In this document: positions 36,914 through 49,000 of the stretch, piece by piece
Layout: every line of letters starts with the position of its first letter
How positions within the stretch are numbered: the first letter of the stretch is position 1
Assembly: GCF_016432865.1 (NCBI RefSeq)
Contig: NC_067399.1
Span: forward strand, 395,808,001 to 395,872,000
Origin: Antechinus flavipes
Taxonomy: Eukaryota
DNA: 64,000 bases
Direction of reading: 5' to 3'
The notes under the pieces: generated by a model
What the model was told of the DNA's origin: nothing
Databases searched by the model: none
Seen by the model: the letters and a program-made list of their open reading frames with translations, nothing else
Made by a program: the position numbers and the translations under genes

Positions 36914-37131
36914 AGGGAGGGAAGGAGGAGGAGAAGGGAGGGGAGGGAGTGAAGGGAAGGGGGAAGAAAGGAAGGAAGGAGGGGGGAAGGAGGAACGGAA
37001 GGAGGGGAAGGAGAGAAGGGGGAAGGGAGGGGAGGGAAGGAGAGAGAGGGAGGAAGGGGAGGGGGAGGAAGAAAGGGAAGGGAAGAGGGGGAAGGAGGAG
37101 GGAAAGGGAAGAGGGAAGGAAGGAGGGGAAG
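36914..37131 (+). repeat. Polypurine GGGA/GGAA low-complexity tract
   Basis: About 218 bp of almost pure G/A with many GGG runs; continues into the gap. Confidence 0.95.
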
Positions 37132-37312
37132 NNNNNNNNNNNNNNNNNNNNNNNNNNNNNNNNNNNNNNNNNNNNNNNNNNNNNNNNNNNNNNNNNNNNN
37201 NNNNNNNNNNNNNNNNNNNNNNNNNNNNNNNNNNNNNNNNNNNNNNNNNNNNNNNNNNNNNNNNNNNNNNNNNNNNNNNNNNNNNNNNNNNNNNNNNNNN
37301 NNNNNNNNNNNN
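37132..37312. other. Assembly gap (N run)
   Basis: Run of n characters. Confidence 1.
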
Positions 37313-37389
37313 CAGTAAAGGAACTGATTATTCCCTCTTTCAAAGAATGTAGCAGCCCTTCTATTACTTGGTCAATAAACTCAAGGGAG

Positions 37390-37404
37390 CTACCAGGGGG
37401 CAAA
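37390..37404 (+). promoter_or_regulatory. Candidate CTCF site
   Basis: CTACCAGGGGGCAAA matches the CTCF core CCAGGGGGC. Confidence 0.35.
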
Positions 37405-37849
37405 TAGAGATAAAAGGAATTCCCCAAAGTTTTGTTGCTAGTGTCAGAGACAGGATTTGAACCCAGATGTTCCTGATTCCAAACTCAACACTCAATCCTG
37501 TGGCCATACTGCCTCTCTGTTGACGTTTTGTTGATTTCAGTCCAAACTTGAGATTTCATCCATTTAGGAAATAGAATTCTGAATAGGGAAACTGCATATG
37601 CAGATTGGCAACTATTCTGTAACATTTCAGACAAGATAACAAAATATTCTCCAATAATATCTGTTCAATCAGGTCTAAGAGATTTGCCTGTAACAAAGAA
37701 AGGCCAAATGATTTGCTCAAGATAGCCCAGCTAAAATGTTTTTGAGACAAAACTGATACTCAGGTTTACCTGATTCAAAGCAAGCTTTCATTACTCTCCA
37801 GGCACACCACTGATTTTCTTGGACATTTTCTACATAGGACAGAAACTTT

Positions 37850-38190
37850 TTCACCCTAGATTCTCACTCAACCCTGAGATCTCTAAAATAACAAGTACTT
37901 TCCACTCCTAAGGCTTCTCTCTCTGATTGGCTTTTTTCTCTCAGAACCTTCATGTTACAGCCAGCTGTCTTCATTCTCTCAAATTGCACTCCTAACTTAT
38001 AAGGATTTTCTCTGTAATTCCCCTGCACCAGATTCTTTCATTTCTTCTTCAACTTTTTATCTGTCTTCTAGACAGAATTAGAATAAAAGCTTCTTGAAGG
38101 AAGGGATTGTCTTTCTGCTTGGATATTTATTCCCAATGCTTAGCACAGTGCCTGGAACATAAGTGTTTTAAAAATGCTCATTAATGTGAT
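37850..38190 (+). mobile_element. L2 3' tail
   Basis: aagcttcttgaaggaagggattgtctt...aatgcttagcacagtgcctggaacataag. Confidence 0.75.
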
Positions 38191-38779
38191 ATGATTTGAC
38201 TGTGTTATCCATCGCACCCTACTATCTTTAGTATAGGTAAGGCATATTTCAAAATGCAATTAGGAGAAAAATCTGTTTTTTTTTCTACTATCTGATGGGG
38301 CAGTATGGTAAGAATATGTTGAATTGATGGCTGCATCTCTAAAAGCAATGCTTTTAAACCCACAGAAGGACTGTTTGAAATAAAGGCTTTATGAATGCCA
38401 GAACCAATATAAGGATGGTTGGTGCCAACAAGCTACTATATAATTTAGTGCTATGCTAAGTAACCCTTGGGCAAGAGCTTAAGTTTTTCTTTTAACAACA
38501 TGAATCTTCAGAACTGAAAATGCAAAGGGGAGATTGCAGAGAAGGAGGAAAAACAAACTCTTTGGAGCACTAAGCACTACTGAGAATTGTTGTTAAAGTA
38601 ATAATAATACATTTATTATTGTATATGCTGTCAGATGCAGTAGATTTGTTGGCTAGTTTTGCTGAACTGTTAGGTTTTTTTGTCTGTTTCAAATGAAGGG
38701 GGATTTAATCAAAATTAATATAAAAACAAAAGGCATCAATATATTTTTAATATTTTAAGATAATAATTCATTTATTTTA

Positions 38780-39010
38780 AGGTATACAGAATACTTTACA
38801 TGTATTATCTCAGTTGATGTTCATGACAATTCTGTGAAGTAAATATTGTGAGAATAATAACACCCCCATTTTATAGATCAGTAAACTGAGATTGAGATGA
38901 ACTTGTCCCGTGTCACTGGCTCTTCAGTGGAACAGACAGAATTTAAAACCAGTCTTTGAATTCCAAGTTCAAAGATTTCATTTTTCACACTTTATACCAT
39001 GCTGCCTCCT
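38780..39010 (-). mobile_element. MIR SINE
   Basis: tactttacatgtattatctcagttgatgttcatgacaattctgtgaagta...cccattttatagatcagtaaactgag. Confidence 0.75.
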
Positions 39011-39349
39011 TGTTTTCACACATAAAAAGTAAACCAAAAAAATACCCTTTTTATCAAAATATTACTTGCATAAAGAGGGAAGCAAGAGTGGAAATTTCAC
39101 ATATCACATTCTGACCAACAAAGTTAACAAAGTGTTCATGTTATAACAAAAAAGTTCCCTAGAAATTGCATGGATATAGCCATATTCTCTTACCCATGAG
39201 CACTTAATCTCCTCTGAACCCTCCAACTACCAACCAGAATCACGTGTACACAGTATTAGGTAAGGCAAAAGGACACATTTGCTTTAAATGGAATGCAAGG
39301 TAAACAATAAAAGATTCAGCCAAACAGAGAACTTTCTCACCCATGGCTT

Positions 39350-40800
39350 TTCAAAATGACATCCTCTCACAGCTTCCACCTTAGGTGGGTTCACATATCC
39401 CTGAGCCTGCTGGCTCATCACGACAGCAGGTTATATCTTAAAGAAGTGCCCATGGCAGCAGCATTAGGTATAGTGAATTTCTCAGCATGGAAACCAAATG
39501 ATCATAAGACCCCATGCTACCTCTTCTCTCAAGTCCCTTCCCTCCTTATCCTATTGCTGATTTTGTCTTGTCAAACCTCTGCCTTGGCTTAGTCCCACGA
39601 TTTGCTGCCTCATCCTACTCATGCACGATTGAACAAAGCTGGTGAAAAATCACAAAACCATGCTGACTTGGTTCACTGCAAATTTAAGTTACATAATCTT
39701 AATGGGGCCCTCACTGTGGCAAGGCAATCCTTTTACATCTGCCTATTTAATTCACGTCCCACTGACCACATCAGTTCTTCCAAATTATATCATCTTTAAA
39801 CCTCCTATGGTTTCCTTGTCCCCTACCCTCTTAGCTGAGAACCTTACATCTTTTTTTTTTCACTGAAAAAAGAAATCGACTGTTCACAGAAATCTGCCTC
39901 TTCTCCTTTTCTCTTCTCATATTACCCAGATGCTTCTTCCTCCTTTCCTCTTACCTAATATAAAGAGGTTATCCCTCTCCTTGCCAAGACAACATTCACT
40001 ACATGCATAAATGATCTCATTCTATTTTTTGTTCTCCAATAGATTGCTCCTTCTCTAATTCTACCATTCTATGATTTATATTTAATCTCTCCCTGTCTAG
40101 TGGATGTTTCCTATTGCCTGTAAATATGTCTAGATCTCTCCCATCTTCACTTTATTTGTCCATCCTCACTAGTTATTGTCTTAATTCTCTCCTTCCTTTT
40201 ATGGCTAAACTCCTTGAGAAAGCCATCTACCAAAAGTACCTTTACTTTGTCTTCTCACTGTCTTCAAACTGTGAGGTCAGTCAGGCATATAACTGACTTT
40301 ATGCCCTTGTTTGTGCTGCAAAAAAAGTAATCTTACAAAGACTCATGAAAGGAACCATATCTTCTTTCCAGTTCTCTCCCTACCAAACAACCTAATAAAT
40401 TTCTTTCTAAAACTATTTCATATTTTAGGATTCATTCTCATGATTAACAATTCTCAATCTATTTAGCCTGAACTTTTCTGATAACCTCAGTCTCATACCT
40501 TCAATTGCCTGTTGGTCATTTCAGATTAGCTGTCCTGTAGGAACCTTAAATTCAACATATCCAAAACCAAATTTATTATCTTTCTCCAAAAAACCTCCCC
40601 CTTTCTGAACTTTTATATTCTTTTATTACTGTCAAGAGCATTACCTTCCTCCCAGTCATTCAGGTTTGTCCTCCAACTTATAGAGTTGCTTTCATTTTCT
40701 CTACTCTATTATACTATAAATTCCTTGAGAACAGTAATGTATTTTGCCTTTCTTTGTATTCCCAATGCATAGCAGAATGTTTGACCTATAGTAGATATTT
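39350..40800 (+). mobile_element. L2 fragment (ORF2 region to 3' tail)
   Basis: catgctgacttggttcactgcaaattt..., ggctaaactccttgagaaagcc, aaattcaacatatccaaaac, cccaatgcatagcaga. Confidence 0.8.
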
Positions 40801-40999
40801 AATAATACTAGCTGACTTTTTCCCCTCCATTATCATCAAGGTTTAGACAGCATCATAGAAAAGCCAGGCCCAACTCTTTCTAAAAAATTTCTTATTTTCT
40901 GTTTCCATCAATTTAATGAGTGATCACCTATTGAATTCTCATCCATAATCTTGGAAGATATAATCCAAAAAGGAATATCAAGGACATATCTCCCTTTAT

Positions 41000-41290
41000 A
41001 TTTAGTGGTGAGGCATTCAACAAATATTTTATTAAGTCCTCACAATACTTAAAACATATGTTAGCTATAATGGAGATTAAAAGCAAGTATGAGATAAATC
41101 TGTATCCTCAAGGAGTAGAAACAATGAGACACGTATAAATAACTGTAAAACTAAGCCAAATGTAGTAGAAATTTAAGTCAAACAAATCAAATACTCTGAA
41201 ACTTCAGAATAGAAAAAATTACTTCTGCTTTAGTACATATTTTGGTGGGTTTTCAGTGAAGGAAGTGATGTCATTTGAGCTAAGCTTCAA
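41000..41290 (-). mobile_element. L2 3' tail
   Basis: cattcaacaaatattttattaagtcc...gtgatgtcatttgagctaagcttcaaaga. Confidence 0.6.
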
Positions 41291-43549
41291 AGAATATATT
41301 TCAGTAAGCCTCTGCCTTATCATGGATTTTCTGATCCTTTATGTATGAATTTTATCAAGTGACCCTAAATGATGCATTTGGTTAAAGCAGGAGGGCACCT
41401 GGAGGGAGAAACAGGAGGCAACATATTCCAGAGAAGCAAAACCACCAATACCACCTTGAACACCATCTGTCATCAGAGACTGATGAAGACAGCTTGGGAT
41501 TCCAAACCCAAAAGCCTTGGAATAGCAGTACCCCGCTAAACTCCCAGACTTGCCTCCAGCCCAGCCCCACAATGATCATTAAGCAGAGAAATTATGTTTT
41601 AAAGGAGTTCACCTTTCTCATCCCACCAGCACAAATGCTGACCAATTGCCACCTACATGCATATTGGATACTCTACAGGAACTTTAAATTCAATATATCC
41701 AAAACTGAATTTATTATCGGTTACTATTACCTTATGTTCATAAGAGAACCTCAGACTACTAGTCTTGAAGTAGCAGCAATGGCCATTCCACTGATCTTGC
41801 TTCTAACACAGCCCTCACAGCTGTTCCCTGGAGAAGAAATGTCTGTGGAGAAGAAGCTAGTCATCTTCGCCAAATGCCAACCAATTACTACTGAAAGCAG
41901 ACAAGCCAGCCTAATTTAAGCAGAAGGGTACTCTAAGGGAAAGACAAGATACAACATGTTCTATCTAGGTCAAACCACCACCTTCCCTCAGATCCTGATG
42001 GAAAAAACCAGGATTCTGAACTTAAGAGCCTTTGCAATCATGACTCCTCCAGCTGAGGGCCCTTAGACATCATTTTGAGAATCAGCCCTATGGATATGCA
42101 GCCTGGCAGCTGTTCCTGCAGATGCTATAGCCCCTGCTACTGGAGATCCAGAAAAGAAAGCTTCTTGCCACCAAAGTCCTTGGCGCTGTCAAATGATTTC
42201 ATCTCAGAAACTGATATGATTTGGAAATGACATTAGAGAAGAGGAGTTACCATCTGCTTTTCTACTGTGTCCTAAGAACCATGGGATCTTTCCATCTGAT
42301 TTCCAGCTGATACTTTGCACTGTATTGCTTCCCCCATTAGAATATAAACTCTGATCATAATAATTTTTTCCAGTTATGATACTCATTTACCTAGTATAGG
42401 TCAATGGATGGCACATAGACCCCATATAAACCAATTTTAACAGGAGAGGTTTTTTCTTGCAATGATATGAATATAATTCCATGGGAAAATATGCTGACAG
42501 CTGAGTCATTTTTTATCTCTGGGCATGTTGCTTCCAATGATGAGAAACTGAAACCACACCAGTAGAGAAAACCCAGAAAGTAGCTAAGTCAATAAAGAAT
42601 GGCATAGAATACAGAAACAAGCAACAGAACCTACCCAACTGATACTTTGGTTTCACGATATTACTAAAACCTCAGGAGAGAGTGTTTCAAAGAGTTTGGG
42701 GTCTCATAAGATCACAGATTTAGGGCTGGAAGAAGAGACCTAGACATATCCTAATCCAAAGTATTATTTTTTTAATAGATAAGGAATGTCCAGTCCAGAG
42801 AGAAGTAATTTTCCTAGAAACACATAGGTAGTCTAACAGAGCCAAGATTCAAGCTTGTGCTCCCTTCCAGTTTGAATAATTCTTATTGGAGTAGGAAAAA
42901 GGGTAAAGGGGGAGAACAACTAATTTTTTGTGAATCATTCTTTGAACTTTGGGCTAAAAAACAATAGAAAAATATCCACAATCTACTGGGAGGGGGGTAC
43001 AATAGATGCTGCCTTCTTACTCTACCACTGACAGGTCTGTACCCAAATGAACTGAAAGAAAGTAGAAATGATTCTATATGTTTAAAACCATTAGTAGCAA
43101 ATCCTTTGCAGTGATTATATGTGCCATACAAAGGTGATGGAATCCATTTTGCTCTGAGAAATGAAGAAATAGATCCTTTCAAAAAGGCACAGAAATATTT
43201 ATTTGGATTGATACAGTTAAAGAAGCTTCCATATGGACTTGCAGATTATGAGTTTTCATGGTCAATCAAACTTCATTGTTGCTTATGCCGACCAATTCAT
43301 CCCTACATTTATCCTATCTAGACAGATTAGAGTCAACTGCATTTGGTTATTTGGGCTTCCACTCATAGTTCAGCTTTCCAGTGTCAGTTTTCCCCAGTCA
43401 CACTCCTTTGGCCACAAGGACACCACATAATTCTGCAAAAGCACCACTTTCTCAAGAAGACCCCTCCACAGTATACAAGCCTCTGAATTATTCTTTGCAT
43501 TTAGAAGACGGTTTCTTCCCCACTTGGACTCTTCATTACAGACAGACAG

Positions 43550-43559
<10 letters not shown>

Positions 43560-43618
<59 letters not shown>
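43560..43618. repeat. (GA)n microsatellite
   Basis: Perfect GA run. Confidence 0.98.
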
Positions 43619-43621
<3 letters not shown>

Positions 43622-45029
43622 ATGTGAGTAAGTATGTGTAATTCATTGGCTTTTAAATTTAGGGTGCTGATTTGTTGTGATTCTAGAAATGCTATATTAT
43701 AAGAAAAGAATGCAATTAAATTGGAAAAATCCAGCTCCTCTCTTCTATCTAAGATTTCCATCTCCTCAGAACTCCAGAGCCCAATGAAATTCTATGTTCC
43801 ACAAAACTGTGTCTCAGAATCAACAAGGAGAAGAAATCTGCCAATTCTATTGACTCTATCATTTTGCCAACTAACGCTCCTTTCCTGGCCTCTAACCCAA
43901 TGGGCCTCTGGGTGACTTCTGGGAAATGGTTTTGACAGGTGGATGAGAAAGCTCGGCTTCCATTTATTCCTTGGCCTTTCAAGTTAGTACTCCCTTGCTG
44001 GCAGTAACTCCAGAATGGCTGTTCTGAAGTGGATTCATGTCCACTAGGGAAAGGACTGAGACCCATAACTCATTTGATAGAAGTAGCCAAAGAGCTGTCA
44101 GAGGGTGGTTCTTATGGCCTCAGGTCAGGTTTGAAGCAGTGACCTCAAGGAAGTACACATGATTCACATCCGATTAAGAGTACCCTGAGCCAGGCAATGT
44201 TTCCCAGTGGAATCCAATGACTCTTTGCTTCTTTTATATAGTGAGAGAAAAATAGTTTACAATCTTTGTCAGGGCTGAGAGCCTACTAAAAATCATTTCT
44301 CATATTTAGCAAAAAATAAATAAAGCTCATTCAACTATAACCATAAGTAAAAAAGGAAGAGGTAAACATACAAAACCCACTAAGGACTCACTAAGGACAG
44401 TCCATCTTAGATTTTTCTATTCTTCAATAGTATCACCACTAGTTAGTAACAGGATCCTTAAAAAGATGGATACCAGTTGAATAAATCTGGTGAGAAGCCC
44501 TAGCACCAGTGAGGGAAAGAATGCACTGGCCCCAAAAGAATACTAGAATTTGACCCAGGAGACTTATATACAAAACCCATTTCTGATACCTGTGTGTCCC
44601 CAGGTAAGTCCTTTAACTTTTTTGAGGCATATTTTTCCCACCAATAAATATGACAATATTGCCAGGACTATTTTCAGGTAAAGTGTCTTATAAACCTTAA
44701 TTCATTATAACTATAATGAAATGTTGCTGTTGTTATTGTCATCCTGTAAAGTAGAAAGTGAATCTAGGGCATCATCCATTTAGGGCTTTCAGGGAACTCA
44801 AAGATAGACCATTTAAATCTAACTCTCATTTACAAACAAGGTAACTGAGGCTTAGAAAAGTCAAAAGTCTTAGTGTCCAAGATCATTCAGAATGATTGTA
44901 AATCACAGAATTAGGGCTCAAACCTTGATAGTTTCTATTACAGCATACTATCATGCATTTGAGGTTTAGGGTTTATTTCGTTTTTCAGTCCTTAATACAA
45001 ATAGTCGATATTTACATAGTACTTTAAAG

Positions 45030-45125
45030 GGTGTAGGGATGATCAAGGAGGACTAGCACCTCTGATATGAAGGCTTATATGTGTATGTAGCCCTTTTCAG
45101 GGATGCTTATCCACTTTTGGTGTTG
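45030..45125 (+). mobile_element. RTE-clade LINE 5'-end-like fragment
   Basis: gggatgatcaaggaggactagcacctctgatatgaaggctt...gcccttttcagggatgcttatccacttttggtgt resembles the start of marsupial RTE. Confidence 0.55.
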
Positions 45126-45168
45126 AAAATCATCTTGATTTTGTCTTGACATTGAATTTCTATTTTTT

Positions 45169-45337
45169 ATATGTTAAACATAGTAAAAATATGTTAAATC
45201 CAATATACGTATACATATTTATACAATTATTTTGTTGTACCAATTCAATCATTCTCCAACTGATGGGCATCCCATTCAGTTTCCAGTTTCTTTCCACTAC
45301 AAAAAGGGCTGCCACAAACAATTTTACCACTGAATTT
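45169..45337 (-). repeat. Internally deleted duplicate of the neighbouring L1 fragment
   Basis: Matches 45496-45565 joined to 45937-46033. Confidence 0.75.
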
Positions 45338-45369
45338 TTTTTAGATACTTAATAAATTTTTCCTTACTT

Positions 45370-46025
45370 TTAAAGATTTTTATTTTCAAAATATATGCAT
45401 GGCTAACTTTTCAACAATGACCCTTACAAAACCTGGTGTTCCAAATTTTCCCCTACTTCCCCCCACTCCCTCCCCTGGATGGCAAGTAATCCAATATATG
45501 TTAAACAATTAAAATATATGTTAAATGCAATATATGCACATATTTATACAATAATCTTGCTGCACAAGAAAAAGCAGATCAAAAAGGGAAAAGAATGAGA
45601 AAGAAAACAAACTACAAGCAAAAAACAAGAAAAAGAGTGAAAATACTATGTTGTGATCTACAGTCAGTTCCCACATTCATCTCTCTGGGTGTAAATGGCT
45701 CTCTTCATCACAAGATTATTGGAAGTAGCTTCAATCATCTCATCTTTGGAAAGAACCATGTCCATCAGAATTGATCATATAATATTGATGTTAGTGTGCT
45801 CAATGATCTCCTGGTTCTGCTCATTTCACTCAGCATCAGTTCATCTAAGTCTCTCCAAGCCTCTCTGAAATCATCCTGTTGGTCATTTCTTACAGAACAA
45901 TAATATTCCATACCATTCATATCCACAATATTCGTACTTATTCAGCCATTCTCCAACTGATAGACACCCACTCAGTTTCCAGTTTCTTGCCACTACAAAA
46001 AGGGCTGCCACAAACAGTTTTGCCA
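45370..46025 (-). mobile_element. L1 3' end, 5'-truncated
   Basis: Minus peptide LFVAALFVVARNWKLSGCLSVGEWLNK (L1 ORF2 C-terminus) plus 3' UTR. Confidence 0.92.
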
Positions 46026-46039
46026 AGGAATTTCGATGA

Positions 46040-46185
46040 CTGAAAGAGAAAGTGAGCCTGACAATCTCTTGCAATACTACCTCACTTAAATTCAATCCAC
46101 TCTCGAATCAAGACATCATCCATCATCTTTTAATTTTAACATTGTGATGTCATTGTTCCTCTTCCAAAAGGAAAGATGACCAAAA
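46040..46185 (-). mobile_element. WALLSI/MdoRep-like repeat fragment
   Basis: cctcacttaaattcaatccact...gatgtcattgttcctcttc is the reverse complement of the 35510 and 48060 element. Confidence 0.6.
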
Positions 46186-46459
46186 AAGTGACAAAGTATT
46201 TTGAATACATTAAATCACTTGTGAATGATCTAAGACTGGGTTCAGAAACTGCCTAGGCTATGCTCCAGAGAAAGTGAGAGGACACCGAGTTAAATCAATG
46301 AGATTCTTATTTGGGAATGCCTGTCAAGGAGCTGAGAAATCCTAAGGCAAAGAATTGGTCCAAGTCAATACTGAGAAGACTTGACTAAAGACTTCTAGGG
46401 AAAGTCTCTACTAAAGATATTCTATTTGAGTCAACCTTGAGAAAAGTCAATGAAGAGAA

Positions 46460-48010
46460 ATTGATGAAAAAGGGAACACTCTATTGAAATAAAATCATCT
46501 ACTTTACAGCATAATACAATCATACATTAATAAATGCCACTGTATGCAGAGCACTTAGAGATGCAAAATTAGATAAAAAATGTCTTTCCTTCTTTTTGAG
46601 GTTCACTCTCCAAAAGAGGAATCAATACAGTGAAGGCTCTAATACATAATATTATGTGATAAATGCATTTGTAGAATTATGAAGAAGTATCATGGGAAGT
46701 CAGAAAGATCATTTTGCAGGAATAAGAGAAGACTTCATGGAGGAAGCAGCATTTTATTTGAGCTTTAAAGAGCGATTGGGATTAGAGGGCAGTGTAACAC
46801 AGTAAATAAAACCTTGGGCTTAGAATTAACACCTAAATAAACTTCTACTAACTGTATGATCCTGGATAAGTTGCTTAATCTCTTTGTATCTCATTTTCCT
46901 CACTTGTACAATAAGGGGGCTGAACTCAATGGCCATTCAGGTTTCTTCCAACTCTAGTCTTCATCCTATAGAATAGGAAACAAAGAATATAGCTTTCCTG
47001 GGGACCCAACAAATTTAAGTCATTGAGGCCTATGAAATGAGTTTTTTACAGACTTTTCTTAGCTTTGAATTAATCATGAGCCTTGCCCCCATTTTGTCTC
47101 CACATAATTGTTTCTTTCCATATTTGTAGATTCAGATGTTTCTCCAAGCTAATGCTATACAGATAATGCCTGATTCCCTACTTGAGATTTTCCAGCTGCT
47201 AGAAATTTCCATCTCAAATTCCAGTATCCTTAGCAAAATTCATTCTGTTTCCCAAACCCACTTCTCCTAACTACTATCTATGTCCATTGCTACATTTCCC
47301 CAAGATTTCTAATATATATATATATATATTTTTCTCAATTCACAAAGCCACCATCTTAATTTAGATTCTCTAGTTCTAACTACTGAACTATTAAATATTG
47401 TACTTTCTCCAATCCATCCTCCCCATCGCTTCCAAATTGATATTACTAAAGAATAGCTCTGACCACATTACTCTCCTATTTAAAAAAAATCTTTGGAGGC
47501 TCCTTATTACTACTGAGATAAACTACAAACTTCTTTATTTGTTATTTAAAACTTCACACAAAATGGATCCAACCTGTTTCTAGTGTGAGTTCTTATTACC
47601 CTTTCTTTGACTCTTCAATCAGACTGGACTATTTGATGTTCTTTATACATAGCAATACATCTCATAATCCAATACCTCTTTTCAGGTTGTCCTTAATGTC
47701 TCGAGTTCTCTCCTTCTTCACTTCACCTCTCTGAAACCCCATCTTACTTCATGTTTTAGCTCAAGTGCCAATTTCTACCATTTTACACAAAGCCTCTCCT
47801 GATCTCCTCAGACAGGAGATCTTCTGATTTTCCCACACCCTGCCACTTTTGAAGTTGTTTTTTTATATAATTTGTACTTGATTTCCTAGAAATGTGATTT
47901 TCCTGTGTAATGAAAGCTCCTTGAGAAAATTAGCTGTTGTTTTGTTTTTGTTTTTGTTTTTGCTGTTGTAGCCTGGTAGTAGGTACTTAATAAATGTTTT
48001 ATTTAATTAA
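46460..48010. mobile_element. Cluster: L2 tail (minus, about 46460-46790), MIR (plus, about 46790-46975), L2 3' part (plus, about 47130-48010)
   Basis: cattaataaatgccactgtatgcagagc; ggataagttgcttaatctctttgtatctcattttcc; gtaggtacttaataaatgtt. Confidence 0.65.
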
Positions 48011-48059
48011 ATTGCCTATTATTGGTCATTTGTAATCCTTGATTCCCTATCTCAGTGAC

Positions 48060-48300
48060 AGTGAAGTAAAGAGGACTGTAATATCAGGGAGGTGATACCA
48101 TAATGTGCAAGTGAATTGCATTCAAGTGAGGGAGGGATGTGCAAGGTCACCTGCCTCACTTTCTCCTCTGGAGCTGTCTGGATCCAGATATAGATCAAGG
48201 AAATGGCTCTGGATGAAATGGGAAACCTTGGCCTTTTTAAGATAGGGCCATTAACAAGATTCAGTTTGACAGAGGCAAGGCCCATTCAGTGATTAAGAAG
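48060..48300 (+). mobile_element. WALLSI/MdoRep-like repeat
   Basis: atcagggaggtgatacc...gcaagtgaattgcattcaagtgagggagggatgtgcaaggtcacctgcctcactttctcc. Confidence 0.7.
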
Positions 48301-48837
48301 GAAAACATTGCTGGATGTGGAATCTAAAAATCTGAATTCCTTATAGTTGTGGTCTATTCCTCTCTGATTAATGTTTAGGAAATCCACATCTTTTCCAGAT
48401 CACTAGGTGACTTGTTGGGTCATCCTAGTCAGGGTTATCCATCTTCAATGGCACAAGTCCATCTTTTGGTTCATAAATGTATCCATAACATCTTTTCTGC
48501 TTCTTAGATGGAAAATAACATCTGGAAATACTAGAACATAGCTTAGTATTTGTCCCTGCCTCATATCTTTCACCCAATAAGTTGGTTAATTTGAACTATT
48601 AATGATGAAAGTGATAGCACTTTGTTGGCTCAAATATAACACCTGGAGTGTAGTAGATGACCTGACAGAATAAGAAAAGCAAACTGATGAGACAATAAAT
48701 GCTTGCTGTCTGGGGTGAGGAGAAATGATGGAGACTGTCCTTATTCTCTTAATCATTCATTAATTGGTTTGATTTTGGAATCACTTCCTATGATACTGCA
48801 TGCCCTGGTTCATCCCCTAAGTTAGATATGCCTCCAG

Positions 48838-49000
48838 CATAGAAGCTCTTACCTAATTTTTTTTATTATGGACCCCATGTTAGCAATTTGATAAAGTCTG
48901 TGGACCCCATGTTAAAATAATATTTTAAATTAATAAACTAAAATATATAGAATAAGAAAAGAAACCAATTAGCTAGTTCACACCAGATTAAGAACCTCTG
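48838..49000 (+). mobile_element. hAT-Charlie-type MITE
   Basis: atggacccc...gtctgtggacccc...aagaaaccaatt...attaagaacctctg, with TIR-like ends. Confidence 0.6.

Noticed and set aside
41339-41572. GGIGGF in a minus-strand ORF, like the retroviral protease flap motif
   Set aside because: No D(T/S)G catalytic motif or other protease features nearby; treated as coincidence
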